A DNA stretch of 63,973 bases, filler included. It is 12 parts of 12 records of this genome, joined end to end, with 100 filler letters (N's around TTAATTAATTAA, not from the genome) between each part and the next. Parts side by side here need not be neighbours in the genome. Positions count along the whole stretch, not along the records: positions 29,098 to 47,361 come from SRR9188676_3472; 11 more parts are not named here. One strand, 5' to 3'. A program made the position numbers and the translations under genes. Below, piece after piece: positions 34,456 through 45,438 of this stretch. The notes under the pieces are model-generated. The model did not search any database. It was not told the DNA's origin and was given only the letters and a program-made list of their open reading frames with translations. Numbering within the stretch: position 1 is the first letter of the stretch; the number at the start of each line of letters is the position of its first letter.

Positions 34456-34920
34456 CTATTTCTTAATCTGATGCGTATCTCGAACACTACTGAAGGTCAA
34501 GGCTAACATCTTCCACGCTTTGCCTTGTTTTTGATAGACTTCTGTTACAGTAAATTCTACTTTAGCTTCATTTCCTCTAACGATGGATTCAAGTGTTATT
34601 CTATTCCAAACAATGGCGGTTTTTCCAGAAACTTCAATCGCAGAATCATGGATAGTAGCTTTTTTATACCAAATACTTCCTGTTTTAATGATTTCAAGCT
34701 CCTCATCTTTTTTCCAAGTACCACTCATGTGAACAAATTTTGATTTATCATCAAATAATTTATCCAACTTTTCTACATCTTTATCAGCCATCCATTGCCA
34801 TTTGTCTTTGGATAATTGTAATACTGTTTGCTCTTCACTAGTATTTTGACTGCTCTGTTGAGCAAAGATTAATTGTACACTAACGATTAAAAGTACGAGA
34901 CTAAAAAATGAAGATTTCAT
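34456..34920 (-). CDS. Secreted NTF2-like (DUF4440) protein
   Basis: Signal peptide; KWQWMADKD..KL..LF, FVHMSG, TEVYQKQGKAWK. Confidence 0.8.
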   Translation of the reverse strand: MKSSFFSLVLLIVSVQLIFAQQSSQNTSEEQTVLQLSKDKWQWMADKDVEKLDKLFDDKSKFVHMSGTWKKDEELEIIKTGSIWYKKATIHDSAIEVSGKTAIVWNRITLESIVRGNEAKVEFTVTEVYQKQGKAWKMLALTFSSVRDTHQIKK

Positions 34921-34953
34921 ATTTTTTTTTATTTAAAAGATTATTCTGTGGTA

Positions 34954-35066
34954 CAAAAGTAGATACTTTAATGACAGAGAATAGTATAAAAATTACTGCT
35001 TTTTCTACCATTTTCACTGATTGAAATCTGTGCTTTAAAATAGTTTTAAGAGAATGAGTACTTTTG
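34954..35066. promoter_or_regulatory. Divergent Bacteroidota promoters (two TACTTTTG -7 boxes)
   Basis: TACTTTTG on the - strand at 34954-34961 and on the + strand at 35059-35066. The latter implies the AraC start is the ATG at 35084 rather than 35054. Confidence 0.6.
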
Positions 35067-35083
35067 TTTCAAATCATAAAAAA

Positions 35084-35998
35084 ATGGAAATTTTATATCC
35101 CATCAATAACATCAGTAAGTATAATGCTGATAATAATCACAAAACACTTCATCCTTTGGTAAGTGTGATAGATTTTTCAAAAGCTCCAGAAAGAAATTGG
35201 GGTACAGAAGCCAAAACGATTAAGTTTCAGTACGGGCTATATTGTATTTACTTGAAAGACGTGAAGTGTGGCGATATTCGTTACGGAAGAGATTATTATG
35301 ACTATCAGGCGGGTACTTTGGTGTTTTTTGCGCCAGGGCAAGTAATGGAAGTAGATAATTTGGGTATAAGTTATCAGCCTGTGGGTTATGGATTGGTTTT
35401 TCATCCAGACTTAATACATGGAACCATTCTAGCCAAAACTTTCAGTGATTATAATTTCTTTAGTTATAAAACCAACGAGGCATTGCACATTTCTGATGAT
35501 GAACGCCAATTGGTGTTAGACCTTTTTGCCAAAATTGAATTAGAATTAAAACAGCCCGTTGATAAGCATAGCAAGAAACTTATTGCTTCAAACATAGAGC
35601 TATTTCTTAATTATTGTGAGCGTTTTTATGACCGACAATTCATTACAAGAGATAATGTTAACAGAGGAGTTTTAACAAGATTTGAAGACTTGCTAAATAG
35701 CTATTTCCTATCAGAAAAACCGCAAAGTATTGGTGTGCCTTCAGTGGCTTATTGTGCAGATACGCTACATTTATCTGCGAACTATTTTGGTGATTTAATA
35801 AAAAAAGAAACAGGCCAAACTGCAAAAGAATACATCCTGAACAAAACGATTGAAATTGCTAAAAATAAAGTATTTGAAGGCGATAAAACCGTCAATGAAA
35901 TTGCCTACGAATTAGGTTTTAAATATCCGCAACATTTTACGAGATTGTTTAAACAACGAGTAGGATGTACTCCAAATGAATATAAGAATTTGAATTAA
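35084..35998 (+). CDS. AraC-family transcriptional regulator
   Basis: HPLVSVIDFS, YGRDYYDYQAGTLVFFAPGQ, C-terminal HTH LSANYFGDLIKKETG...EIAYELGFKYPQHFTRLFKQRVGCTPNEY. Confidence 0.95.
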   Translation: MEILYPINNISKYNADNNHKTLHPLVSVIDFSKAPERNWGTEAKTIKFQYGLYCIYLKDVKCGDIRYGRDYYDYQAGTLVFFAPGQVMEVDNLGISYQPVGYGLVFHPDLIHGTILAKTFSDYNFFSYKTNEALHISDDERQLVLDLFAKIELELKQPVDKHSKKLIASNIELFLNYCERFYDRQFITRDNVNRGVLTRFEDLLNSYFLSEKPQSIGVPSVAYCADTLHLSANYFGDLIKKETGQTAKEYILNKTIEIAKNKVFEGDKTVNEIAYELGFKYPQHFTRLFKQRVGCTPNEYKNLN

Positions 35999-36010
35999 CC
36001 ATAAAATACG

Positions 36011-36946
36011 ATGAAAAACTTAATCTCAACTATGAAAAACTATGCGTTTCCAAAGTCCTTATGTGTTATTGTTTTACAATGGCTTTTGCTAATCAATACT
36101 ACGTTTGCACAAACAGACAATCCAGTATTAAAGCTGTTTCCCAACGGTACAGAATTACATGGAAATATTGCTTATCAAAATGATACGCTCAAAAAGCATT
36201 TATTAGACATTTATTTACCTGCGAACACAAAAGGAAATATTCCATTTGTGGTATTTATTCATGGCGGTGGATGGCTTGTGAACGACAAGTATGCAGACAT
36301 TGGGTACATGGGAAATACGGTTTCGGCTTTGATTAATAACAATATCGCAGTGGCGTCTATTGATTATAGATTTGCTTCGCAAGCTCAGTTTCCTGCTTTG
36401 ATTCAAGATTGTAACCAAGCACTTGCATTTCTTTGTAATAATGCCGAAAAATATCATTTAGATAAGAATCGTATTGCCATTATGGGTTTTTCGGCGGGTG
36501 GACATTTGGCATCGCTTCAAGGTTTGTCGAATAACAATAAGGTAGCTTCATTTTTTAATGGCAATCATGCACAAGTATTTAATATCAAAGCAGTGGTTGA
36601 TTATTATGGACCTTCTGAACTTACTTCATTAGGAAGTAGCGAAGACCCAAAAGCACCAGAAGGGATTTTATTAGGAGCAAGCCCTATTGCCAGACCCGAC
36701 TTGGCAAAAATTGCCAGTCCTGTAACGTATGTAGATAAAAACGACCCCCCATTTCTGATTTTTCATGGAGAAAAAGATAATCTCGTAAACAATCGCCAAT
36801 CAAAATTATTGAGTGGTTGGTTGACATCATTAGGAGTAAAGAACGAACTCATCATTGTCAAAGATGCTCCTCATTTCGGAAAAATGTATGACATAGAAGA
36901 GTTCAAAACAAAAGTAATTTCATTTTTAAAAGAAGCTCTTCGATAA
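36011..36946 (+). CDS. Secreted alpha/beta hydrolase (HSL-like esterase/lipase)
   Basis: HGGGW oxyanion motif, GFSAGGHLA nucleophile elbow, HGEKD and H completing the triad. Confidence 0.92.
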   Translation: MKNLISTMKNYAFPKSLCVIVLQWLLLINTTFAQTDNPVLKLFPNGTELHGNIAYQNDTLKKHLLDIYLPANTKGNIPFVVFIHGGGWLVNDKYADIGYMGNTVSALINNNIAVASIDYRFASQAQFPALIQDCNQALAFLCNNAEKYHLDKNRIAIMGFSAGGHLASLQGLSNNNKVASFFNGNHAQVFNIKAVVDYYGPSELTSLGSSEDPKAPEGILLGASPIARPDLAKIASPVTYVDKNDPPFLIFHGEKDNLVNNRQSKLLSGWLTSLGVKNELIIVKDAPHFGKMYDIEEFKTKVISFLKEALR

Positions 36947-36955
36947 GAAGGGTAG

Positions 36956-37834
<879 letters not shown>

Positions 37835-37841
37835 GTGTTTT

Positions 37842-37875
37842 TATTCCACGAATTCATTCGTGAATTCGTGGAATA
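37842..37875. terminator. Perfect 15-bp hairpin with TTCG loop between convergent genes
   Basis: TATTCCACGAATTCA-TTCG-TGAATTCGTGGAATA. Confidence 0.75.
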
Positions 37876-37884
37876 TTATCACTT

Positions 37885-40800
37885 TCAAACATTTTTATCG
37901 AATTCTGTCACTACGTTTTCTCCACCATACTTTGCATATTCAGAAGGGCTAACACCAAATTCTTTCTTGAAACAAGTTCTAAAATATTGTAAATCAGTAA
38001 AGCCCACTTCATAAGTAACTTCTGATACATTTAATTGTTGCTGTTTTAGTAATTGTGCCGCTCTTTTTAACCTTATATTTCGAACAAATTCAACGGCAGT
38101 CTGACCCGTCAAGGCTTTTATTTTTTTGTATAGTGGCATTCTACTCATGCCTACTTCTTTCCCAAGGTCTTCCACACGAAATTCAGCATCTGAAATATTT
38201 GCCTCAATGCACTCCAATACTTTTTTCATAAATATTTCATCAAGTGGAGTAATCGTAATATCTGTAGGTTCAAGTATGAGTTTACGGCTTTGAGAAAATC
38301 TTTCCGCCAACATTTTTCGGGATTTTATTAAGTTTTTTACTCTTACTTCCAGCTCATTAGAATCGAAAGGTTTAGCTACATAATCATCTGCTCCTGTTTC
38401 AAGTCCTTCAATTTTATTCACAGAATCGGTTTGCGCTGTCAATAAAATGATAGGTATGTGCGAGGTTTGAACATTATTTTTCAAGGAACTACACATCTCT
38501 ATTCCAGTCATTTTAGGCATTAAAATATCGGAAATAATTAAATCAGGCATTTTTTCTAATCCTAATTGCAAGCCTTCTTGTCCGTTGACGGCTTCTATCA
38601 CATTATATTTTTTGCAAAGTCTTATGTGCAGATAATTTCGCATATCGTCGTTGTCTTCCACCAACAAAATAAGTGGCTGTTGTTCATCGCTAGAATTATC
38701 GACAGACGTTAAGGCTGTACCATCGACCATTGAAATAGGTTCAAAATTGTTAGCGGCATAGTTGTTTGACCTATCATAAGCGATAATTTCAGTTGCTTGC
38801 TGTTCTACTCCTAATGGCAACAAAATCTTAAAAGTACTTCCTTTACTTATCTGACTTTCTACAGAAATTGTTCCTTTGTGAAGTTCAACCAATTCTTTGG
38901 TTAAAGACAAACCAATTCCAGTCCCTTCATTTTTATGATGATTGTGAACGACTTGATAAAAATGGTCAAAAATATAACTTAAATTATCTTGAGGGATTCC
39001 AATTCCACTATCCGAAACGGTTATTTCTACATATTGATTAAGGTCTAAATCTTCATTTTTCCGTTGTTCTACAGCCTTAATTGACAGCACGATACTTCCC
39101 GATTCTGTGAATTTAAAGGCATTAGAAAGTAAATTGGTTATGATTTTTTCAATTTTATCAGCATCTGCTAATACAAAAATATCCTCTGAAGAACAGTCTA
39201 ATACATAAGTAAGTCCTTTTTTCTGTGCGAAAGGTTCGAACGATAAGAATATTGGTTTTAGGAAATCTATCAAATTAAACTTTGTTGTAACAAGCGTCAT
39301 TTTGCCAGAATCAAGTTTTGATAAATCAAGTAATTGATTGATTAACCGCAACAAGCGTTCTGCATTACGAATCATTAATTGGTATTGATTTTTGGGATTA
39401 CCCTCGAAAGTATCGTGATACATATCCTTCAAAGGACTTAATATCATTGTTAGTGGTGTACGGAATTCATGCGAAATTTTGGCAAAGAAATTCGACTTTA
39501 AGCGTTCCAATTCTTGCATTTTAGTGAGTTCTAAATGCTCTAATTTTAAATCACTTTCCAAACGCATTTGCTTGATAATGAGTTGACGATACCACCACAA
39601 CAAAGCCATTGAGATAAGTAAATAAAGTAGATAAGCCCACCATGTTTTCCACCAAGGTGGCAGTACCGTAATGCTTAATTTTACCTCAGTTTTATCGTTT
39701 GTATCCAAACTTTTCACTCTGAAAGTATATGAACCCGAAGGAACTTTAGCATAGCTGGCATTTCTATCAATACTTGTGTGATGCCAATTTTCATCATAGC
39801 CTTCGAGGATGTAAGCAAACTGAGCATTTTGCGGTGCAGAATAATTTAGAGAAGCAAAACCAATACTAAAGTCGTTGTTATCGTGTGAAAGCGTTATTGC
39901 TTGGGTTTCGCTAATATGTCTTTTTAATGGCGAATCCTTTTGATTGGGTTTTATCAGAATATTATTGATTTTAAGTTCGGTCAAACAGAGTGGTAGCTTG
40001 TTCTTTTTTTCCAAAATGTTTTCTGGGAAAAAACTATTATAGCCGTTAATTCCTCCAAAAAAGAATTCTCCTGCTTTGCTTTTGAAAAATGAGCCTTTGA
40101 GAAACTCAGGCGATTGTAAACCATCGGCAACAGAATAGTTGATAAATTTTTCCTTCGCAGGGTCAAACTTACTGATGCCTTGATTGGTGCTAATCCATAG
40201 AAAACCTTTTTTATCTTCTATCAATCCGTTGATAACATTATCTGGAAGCCCATTTTCTTTGGAATATTCTGTAAAAATATCCTTGCTATCATCAAATTTA
40301 TAAAGCCCTTTACCAGTGCCAATCCATAAATTATGCTTGCTATCTTCGATAATGGCATTTATCAAATTACTCCCAATTCTACCTGATTTACTTCCTTCAA
40401 ACTTATTATGTGTAAAAGTAAATTTTCCATCTTTTCGATTTAATCTATCTAATCCACCACCAAAAGTACCAATCCAAAGGTTCTTTCTACTGTCTTCAAA
40501 TATCACAGAAATTAAATTACTGCCCAGACTATTAGGATTATTTGGGTCGTTTAAAAATTGTTTGAAAGAATCCGTCGTTGGTTCGTATAGATTGAGTCCG
40601 CCATAATAAGTTCCTACCCAAAAATTACCAAAACTATCTTCGTACATTGCATACACATTTTCGCCCTTCATATTCGCTCCTTTGTTCGAAGTATGCAAAT
40701 AATGTTTGAATGTGCGGGTTGTTTTATCAAATAAATTAAGCCCACCGCCCCAAGTACCAACCCATAAATTTTTCTTTTTGTCTATATGAAGTGAAATTAC

Positions 40801-42108
40801 GGCATTACTTCCAAGACTATTTTTGTCTTTCGGATTATAAAAATAACGGATATGTTTATTGGTTTTCTTATCGAAATAATTGAGGCCGCCACCATCCGTT
40901 CCTATCCATAAATTACCCAATTCGTCTTCCTGAAAACAAGTAACATCATTATTATTTAATTTTTGGTTTCCCGAAACACTTAAATTATAGTGTTTAAATT
41001 GCTTATGATAATAGTCCCATTTATTGATACCTCTGTTTCTTGCACCAAGCCACATTGTGCCCATTCTATCTCTGTACACCGACCATACCGAATTACTACT
41101 GATGCTGTATGGTTGAAGTGGGTCAGGGTAAAAATTGGTAAAAGTATTTTTTTGTTGATCATAAATGTATAATCCATTAAGCTGTGTACCCATCCAAATT
41201 CTTCCATTCAAATCCTCTGAAAGACATACGATAACATTGTTTCCAAGGCTATTTGGGTCATTTTTTTCATGTTGGTATCGTTCAAATGTTATACCGTTTG
41301 GGCTTTCAACCAAGCGATTTAATCCATTTTGGGTTCCCAGCCAAACTTGTTTTTTTGAATCCTTGAAGGCACTATTGATAACATTATTGCTGATAGATTT
41401 TGGGTTATTTACTTCATTGACATAACTGATAAACTTTTGGTGTTTTTGGTCAAAAAGTTTGAGCCCGCCACCTTTTGTTCCTAACCAAAGATTATAATGA
41501 CTATCTTCAAAAATCGCTGAAATATTATTGCTGTTAATACTTTTTGGATTTCCGTTGATGTACCTAAAAAAAACAAAGCTATTCTTCTCAGGCACATAAT
41601 AATTCAGTCCGTTTTCTGTACCAATCCATAGTTTATGATTTTTATCTTCATAAATACAAGTGATATTATTATGGCTGATGCTTCCTTGTTTCTTGTTACT
41701 CTTAAAATGGATAAAGGTTTCATTTTCCTTGCTAAAAAGATTCAAACCGCCTTCCATCGTTCCAACCCAAATATTCCCTTTAGCATCTTCAAAAAGAGTA
41801 GTGATATAGTTATGACTAAGCGAAGAAGTATCAGATACAATATTTTCGAAAGTTGTAAATTTTACGCCATCATAACGATTCAGTCCATTCCTTGTTCCAA
41901 ACCAAAGAAAGCCTTTTTTATCTTGTAAAATACAGGTGACGGTACTCTGAGAAAGTCCCTCAGAAATATGCTCGAACTTGATATTTCCCAAAGCATCAAA
42001 AGCTTGCGCATATCCTTTTATCTGCAAAAAGATGAAGAGCAGTAAAAACAGAGCAATTATTCTTCGAGAAAAACACATTATTTGACGAGTATTTATAGCT
42101 TTCATCAT
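37885..42108 (-). CDS. Hybrid two-component system (propeller sensor, Y_Y_Y, His kinase, receiver, AraC)
   Basis: Many LWIGT.GGL reg_prop repeats, PPWWKTWWAY transmembrane entry, ISHEFRTPLT, GTGIGLSL, ISDILMP receiver and AraC HTH; a Bacteroidota hallmark. Confidence 0.96.
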   Translation of the reverse strand: MMKAINTRQIMCFSRRIIALFLLLFIFLQIKGYAQAFDALGNIKFEHISEGLSQSTVTCILQDKKGFLWFGTRNGLNRYDGVKFTTFENIVSDTSSLSHNYITTLFEDAKGNIWVGTMEGGLNLFSKENETFIHFKSNKKQGSISHNNITCIYEDKNHKLWIGTENGLNYYVPEKNSFVFFRYINGNPKSINSNNISAIFEDSHYNLWLGTKGGGLKLFDQKHQKFISYVNEVNNPKSISNNVINSAFKDSKKQVWLGTQNGLNRLVESPNGITFERYQHEKNDPNSLGNNVIVCLSEDLNGRIWMGTQLNGLYIYDQQKNTFTNFYPDPLQPYSISSNSVWSVYRDRMGTMWLGARNRGINKWDYYHKQFKHYNLSVSGNQKLNNNDVTCFQEDELGNLWIGTDGGGLNYFDKKTNKHIRYFYNPKDKNSLGSNAVISLHIDKKKNLWVGTWGGGLNLFDKTTRTFKHYLHTSNKGANMKGENVYAMYEDSFGNFWVGTYYGGLNLYEPTTDSFKQFLNDPNNPNSLGSNLISVIFEDSRKNLWIGTFGGGLDRLNRKDGKFTFTHNKFEGSKSGRIGSNLINAIIEDSKHNLWIGTGKGLYKFDDSKDIFTEYSKENGLPDNVINGLIEDKKGFLWISTNQGISKFDPAKEKFINYSVADGLQSPEFLKGSFFKSKAGEFFFGGINGYNSFFPENILEKKNKLPLCLTELKINNILIKPNQKDSPLKRHISETQAITLSHDNNDFSIGFASLNYSAPQNAQFAYILEGYDENWHHTSIDRNASYAKVPSGSYTFRVKSLDTNDKTEVKLSITVLPPWWKTWWAYLLYLLISMALLWWYRQLIIKQMRLESDLKLEHLELTKMQELERLKSNFFAKISHEFRTPLTMILSPLKDMYHDTFEGNPKNQYQLMIRNAERLLRLINQLLDLSKLDSGKMTLVTTKFNLIDFLKPIFLSFEPFAQKKGLTYVLDCSSEDIFVLADADKIEKIITNLLSNAFKFTESGSIVLSIKAVEQRKNEDLDLNQYVEITVSDSGIGIPQDNLSYIFDHFYQVVHNHHKNEGTGIGLSLTKELVELHKGTISVESQISKGSTFKILLPLGVEQQATEIIAYDRSNNYAANNFEPISMVDGTALTSVDNSSDEQQPLILLVEDNDDMRNYLHIRLCKKYNVIEAVNGQEGLQLGLEKMPDLIISDILMPKMTGIEMCSSLKNNVQTSHIPIILLTAQTDSVNKIEGLETGADDYVAKPFDSNELEVRVKNLIKSRKMLAERFSQSRKLILEPTDITITPLDEIFMKKVLECIEANISDAEFRVEDLGKEVGMSRMPLYKKIKALTGQTAVEFVRNIRLKRAAQLLKQQQLNVSEVTYEVGFTDLQYFRTCFKKEFGVSPSEYAKYGGENVVTEFDKNV

Positions 42109-42377
42109 TTAAATTATGTAAAATAATCTTGCAATATTACATTTTTCTACCTTGTAGAACCATTGTTTTTTGCACAAAAACCAATGCTATTTTAATCTTC
42201 GCTTTTGCCTAATCTCTTCTTAACAAGATTGTTAAAACCTCATTGGTATTTATGATTTATCCCATCCATGCAAGGTTTATAATCTTCTTTACTTTGTCGT
42301 AGCCTAATTGATGACCCAATGCTTCATCGAAGGCACGATAAAAGCATTCCATTTTTTCTCAATTTTCAAAAAATACC

Positions 42378-44468
42378 ATGAAATTATCCATCCAAAAACA
42401 CTGGTTTTTATTTCTTTTGATATGCCTTTGCTTATCAAAAAAAGGCATGGCTCAAATTATTCAGCCTGCCAAATGGACTTACTCCGTCTCAAATAATTCA
42501 GCAAAGGTAGGTGAGCAAACAGACCTTATTTTCAACATTAAGATTGATAAAGGTTGGTATATGTACTCTTCCGATTTCGACCCTAATTTAGGACCGATGG
42601 TAACAACCTTCAATTTTCAACCCAACGATACTTATGAATTAGTAGGAAAGATTGAACCTGTTCATCCTAAAAAAAAGAACAGTGAAGTATGGGGCGGTAC
42701 TTATACCTACTTTATGAATCATGCCGAGTTCAGGCAAAAAGTAAAGATACGTGCTGAGAATTATAAAGTTTCAGGAAATGTAACTTATCAAGTGTGTACC
42801 GAAGCCGATGGGAAATGTGTTTCGCTTGATGAAGGTTTCTCTTTTGTGAATCAAAATGCTAAAAATGTAGCAGGAAAATCAGTAACGATTTCATCCATCA
42901 AAGGCGATAGCTTAATTAAAGTAGAGGCTTCTGAGACAGCAATACTTCCTGCTAAAAAAACAGAAGTGCTTCCTAAAAAAGCGAATATTATTCCAGAAAA
43001 AAAGAACGCAGAATCACTTCTTACTTTTATGTTATTGGCTTTTATGGCAGGTTTGGCGGCTTTATTAACGCCTTGTGTTTTTCCGATGATACCCATGACG
43101 GTGACCTTTTTTACCAACACCAGTAAAGACCGTAAAAGCTCCATTTTCAAAGCACTCATGTATGGTTTCTCAATTGTCTTTATTTATACTTTGGTTGGAA
43201 CAATCGTTGCCAGAATCAACGGGCCAGAATTTGCCAATTGGCTAAGTACGCATTGGTTGCCGAATCTTATGTTCTTCGTCATTTTTATCTTCTTTGGCTT
43301 ATCTTTTCTTGGACTTTTTGAAATTGTGCTTCCGCATAGTTTGGTCAATAAAATGGATAAAGAAGCCGATAAAGGCGGTTATTATGGAATTATTTTCATG
43401 GCTTTTACCATTGTCTTGGTTTCTTTTTCATGTACGGGACCTATCGTCGGGAGTATTTTGGTAGAATCTGCTGGTGGTGCCATTCTAAAACCGATTGCAG
43501 GAATGTTTGCTTTTTCAATGGCATTTGCCATTCCATTTACTTTGTTTGCCATTTTCCCCAATTGGTTAAAATCATTACCCAAATCTGGTGGTTGGTTGAA
43601 TTCGGTAAAAGTTGTATTGGGCTTTCTGGAATTGGTTTTAGCCTTGAAATTTTTGAGTACGGCAGACCAAGTTTATCATTGGAGAATACTAGATAGAGAA
43701 GTTTTTCTAGTATTGTGGATTGCTGTTTTTTCTTGCCTTGGATTATACCTTCTTGGTAAAATCAGATTGCCACATGACAGTGAAACTAAATCGGTAAGTG
43801 TTCCAAGATTAATTGTTTCGATACTAACTTTTGCTTTTGTATTTTACCTCATTCCCGGTCTTTGGGGAGCGCCGCTTAAAGTTCTTGCAGGTTTTTTACC
43901 TCCGATGCACACGCAAGATTTCAATTTTGCCAACTTAAATATTGAAGGTTCTGAGGCACCAGTATCTACTTTATGTGAAACGCCAGACAATCCTGCTTCA
44001 CTTAGTTTTCCTCATAATATTCAAGGATATTTTGACCTTGAACAAGCAATTGCTTGTGCTAAAAAACAAAACAAACCTGTATTCATAGATTTCACAGGAC
44101 ATGGCTGTGTCAATTGCCGAAAGATGGAAGAAAATGTTTGGGTGGCTACTCCTGTGATGAGTCGATTGAAAAATGATTTTGTGATGGTAGCCTTATACAT
44201 TGATGAAAAAATGGAATTGCCCGAATCAAAATGGTACACTTCAATGTATGATGGGAAGGTTAAATCTACGATTGGAAGTCAAAATGCCGATTTGCAAATC
44301 ACTAATTATCAAAATAATGCTCAACCATATTATGTAATTCTTGACCCGAATACGAAAGAATTACTGGTAAATCCTGTATCCTACGAAACCGATATTGCGA
44401 AATTTACTTCATTCCTTGATGCTGGAATAAATACTTTTAAACAGAAGTATAAAAAGGCGATTCTATAA
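42378..44468 (+). CDS. dsbD: Thiol:disulfide interchange protein DsbD
   Basis: N-terminal DsbD-alpha (YQVC....KC), LLTPCVFPMIP and SFSCTGP transmembrane motifs, thioredoxin CVNC. Confidence 0.92.
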   Translation: MKLSIQKHWFLFLLICLCLSKKGMAQIIQPAKWTYSVSNNSAKVGEQTDLIFNIKIDKGWYMYSSDFDPNLGPMVTTFNFQPNDTYELVGKIEPVHPKKKNSEVWGGTYTYFMNHAEFRQKVKIRAENYKVSGNVTYQVCTEADGKCVSLDEGFSFVNQNAKNVAGKSVTISSIKGDSLIKVEASETAILPAKKTEVLPKKANIIPEKKNAESLLTFMLLAFMAGLAALLTPCVFPMIPMTVTFFTNTSKDRKSSIFKALMYGFSIVFIYTLVGTIVARINGPEFANWLSTHWLPNLMFFVIFIFFGLSFLGLFEIVLPHSLVNKMDKEADKGGYYGIIFMAFTIVLVSFSCTGPIVGSILVESAGGAILKPIAGMFAFSMAFAIPFTLFAIFPNWLKSLPKSGGWLNSVKVVLGFLELVLALKFLSTADQVYHWRILDREVFLVLWIAVFSCLGLYLLGKIRLPHDSETKSVSVPRLIVSILTFAFVFYLIPGLWGAPLKVLAGFLPPMHTQDFNFANLNIEGSEAPVSTLCETPDNPASLSFPHNIQGYFDLEQAIACAKKQNKPVFIDFTGHGCVNCRKMEENVWVATPVMSRLKNDFVMVALYIDEKMELPESKWYTSMYDGKVKSTIGSQNADLQITNYQNNAQPYYVILDPNTKELLVNPVSYETDIAKFTSFLDAGINTFKQKYKKAIL

Positions 44469-44506
44469 ATAATTTATCCAACACATTTTACGGTAAAATA
44501 TATCAA

Positions 44507-45343
44507 ATGAAAAATAGACGTGAATTTTTGAAAATCGCTGGAGGTGCTACTTTTTTAAGTATAATCGGCTCAGAAATGGCTCAGGCTACACAAGTAAAAA
44601 ATGTGGGAGTAAACCTTTTTTCTCTACGTGAACCAATGGGCTTAGACCCCATTGGTACATTGACTCAATTAGCCAAAATTGGCTACAAAGTAATTGAATC
44701 TGCACCGAGTGCAAAAGGTAACTATTATGGATTGACTCCGAAGGAAATCAAACAAGTAATGAACGATTTAGGGCTGATACTTTCCAGTGGTCATGCCATC
44801 ATTAATGCCAATTGGCAGAAAAGTATCGACGAAGCGGCTGAGACAGGACAAGAATTTTTACTTTCACCCATGCTTCCTGCTAAAGGACAAACAGTTGATA
44901 ATTACAAAAAAGCAGCAGAAACCTTTAACAAAATGGGTGAAGCTTGTAAAAAATCTGGTGTGACTTTTGGTTTTCATAACGGTGTTACTGAATTTGAAAA
45001 AGAAAATGGACAAGTATTATACGACGTTTTATTAGATAATACGGATGCCGAATTAGTAAAAATGGAATTGGATTTAGGTTGGGCTATTGTGGCTGGAGCG
45101 AATCCTGAATATTATTTTGAAAAGTACGCTGGTCGTTTTCCACTTTGGCATATCAAGGATATTAAAAAAGATAAAGACGAAAGTATAGAGTTTGGTAAAG
45201 GGAAAATAGATTTCGTATCACTGCTCAAACAACAACAAAAATCTAATATGAAATATATGTTTGTTGAACAAGAACATTTGACGCAACCAGCACTTGCTAC
45301 CATGCGTGATAATTTTAACTACTTGACAAAGTTGAAATATTGA
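44507..45343 (+). CDS. Sugar phosphate isomerase/epimerase (xylose-isomerase-like TIM barrel), Tat-exported
   Basis: NRREFLK signal; GFHN, MELDLGW, WHIKD, FVEQE. Confidence 0.9.
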   Translation: MKNRREFLKIAGGATFLSIIGSEMAQATQVKNVGVNLFSLREPMGLDPIGTLTQLAKIGYKVIESAPSAKGNYYGLTPKEIKQVMNDLGLILSSGHAIINANWQKSIDEAAETGQEFLLSPMLPAKGQTVDNYKKAAETFNKMGEACKKSGVTFGFHNGVTEFEKENGQVLYDVLLDNTDAELVKMELDLGWAIVAGANPEYYFEKYAGRFPLWHIKDIKKDKDESIEFGKGKIDFVSLLKQQQKSNMKYMFVEQEHLTQPALATMRDNFNYLTKLKY

Positions 45344-45368
45344 GTTTAAAGAATAAGAGTACAACCAG

Positions 45369-45407
45369 TGGGCAGATAGAGACAAAATCTATCTTGCCCA
45401 TTTTTTT
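45369..45407 (+). terminator. Intrinsic terminator
   Basis: TGGGCAGATAGA-GACAAAA-TCTATCTTGCCCA followed by TTTTTTT. Confidence 0.75.
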
Positions 45408-45438
45408 GTTAGCTGATGATGTAGGTGTAAATAGAGAT

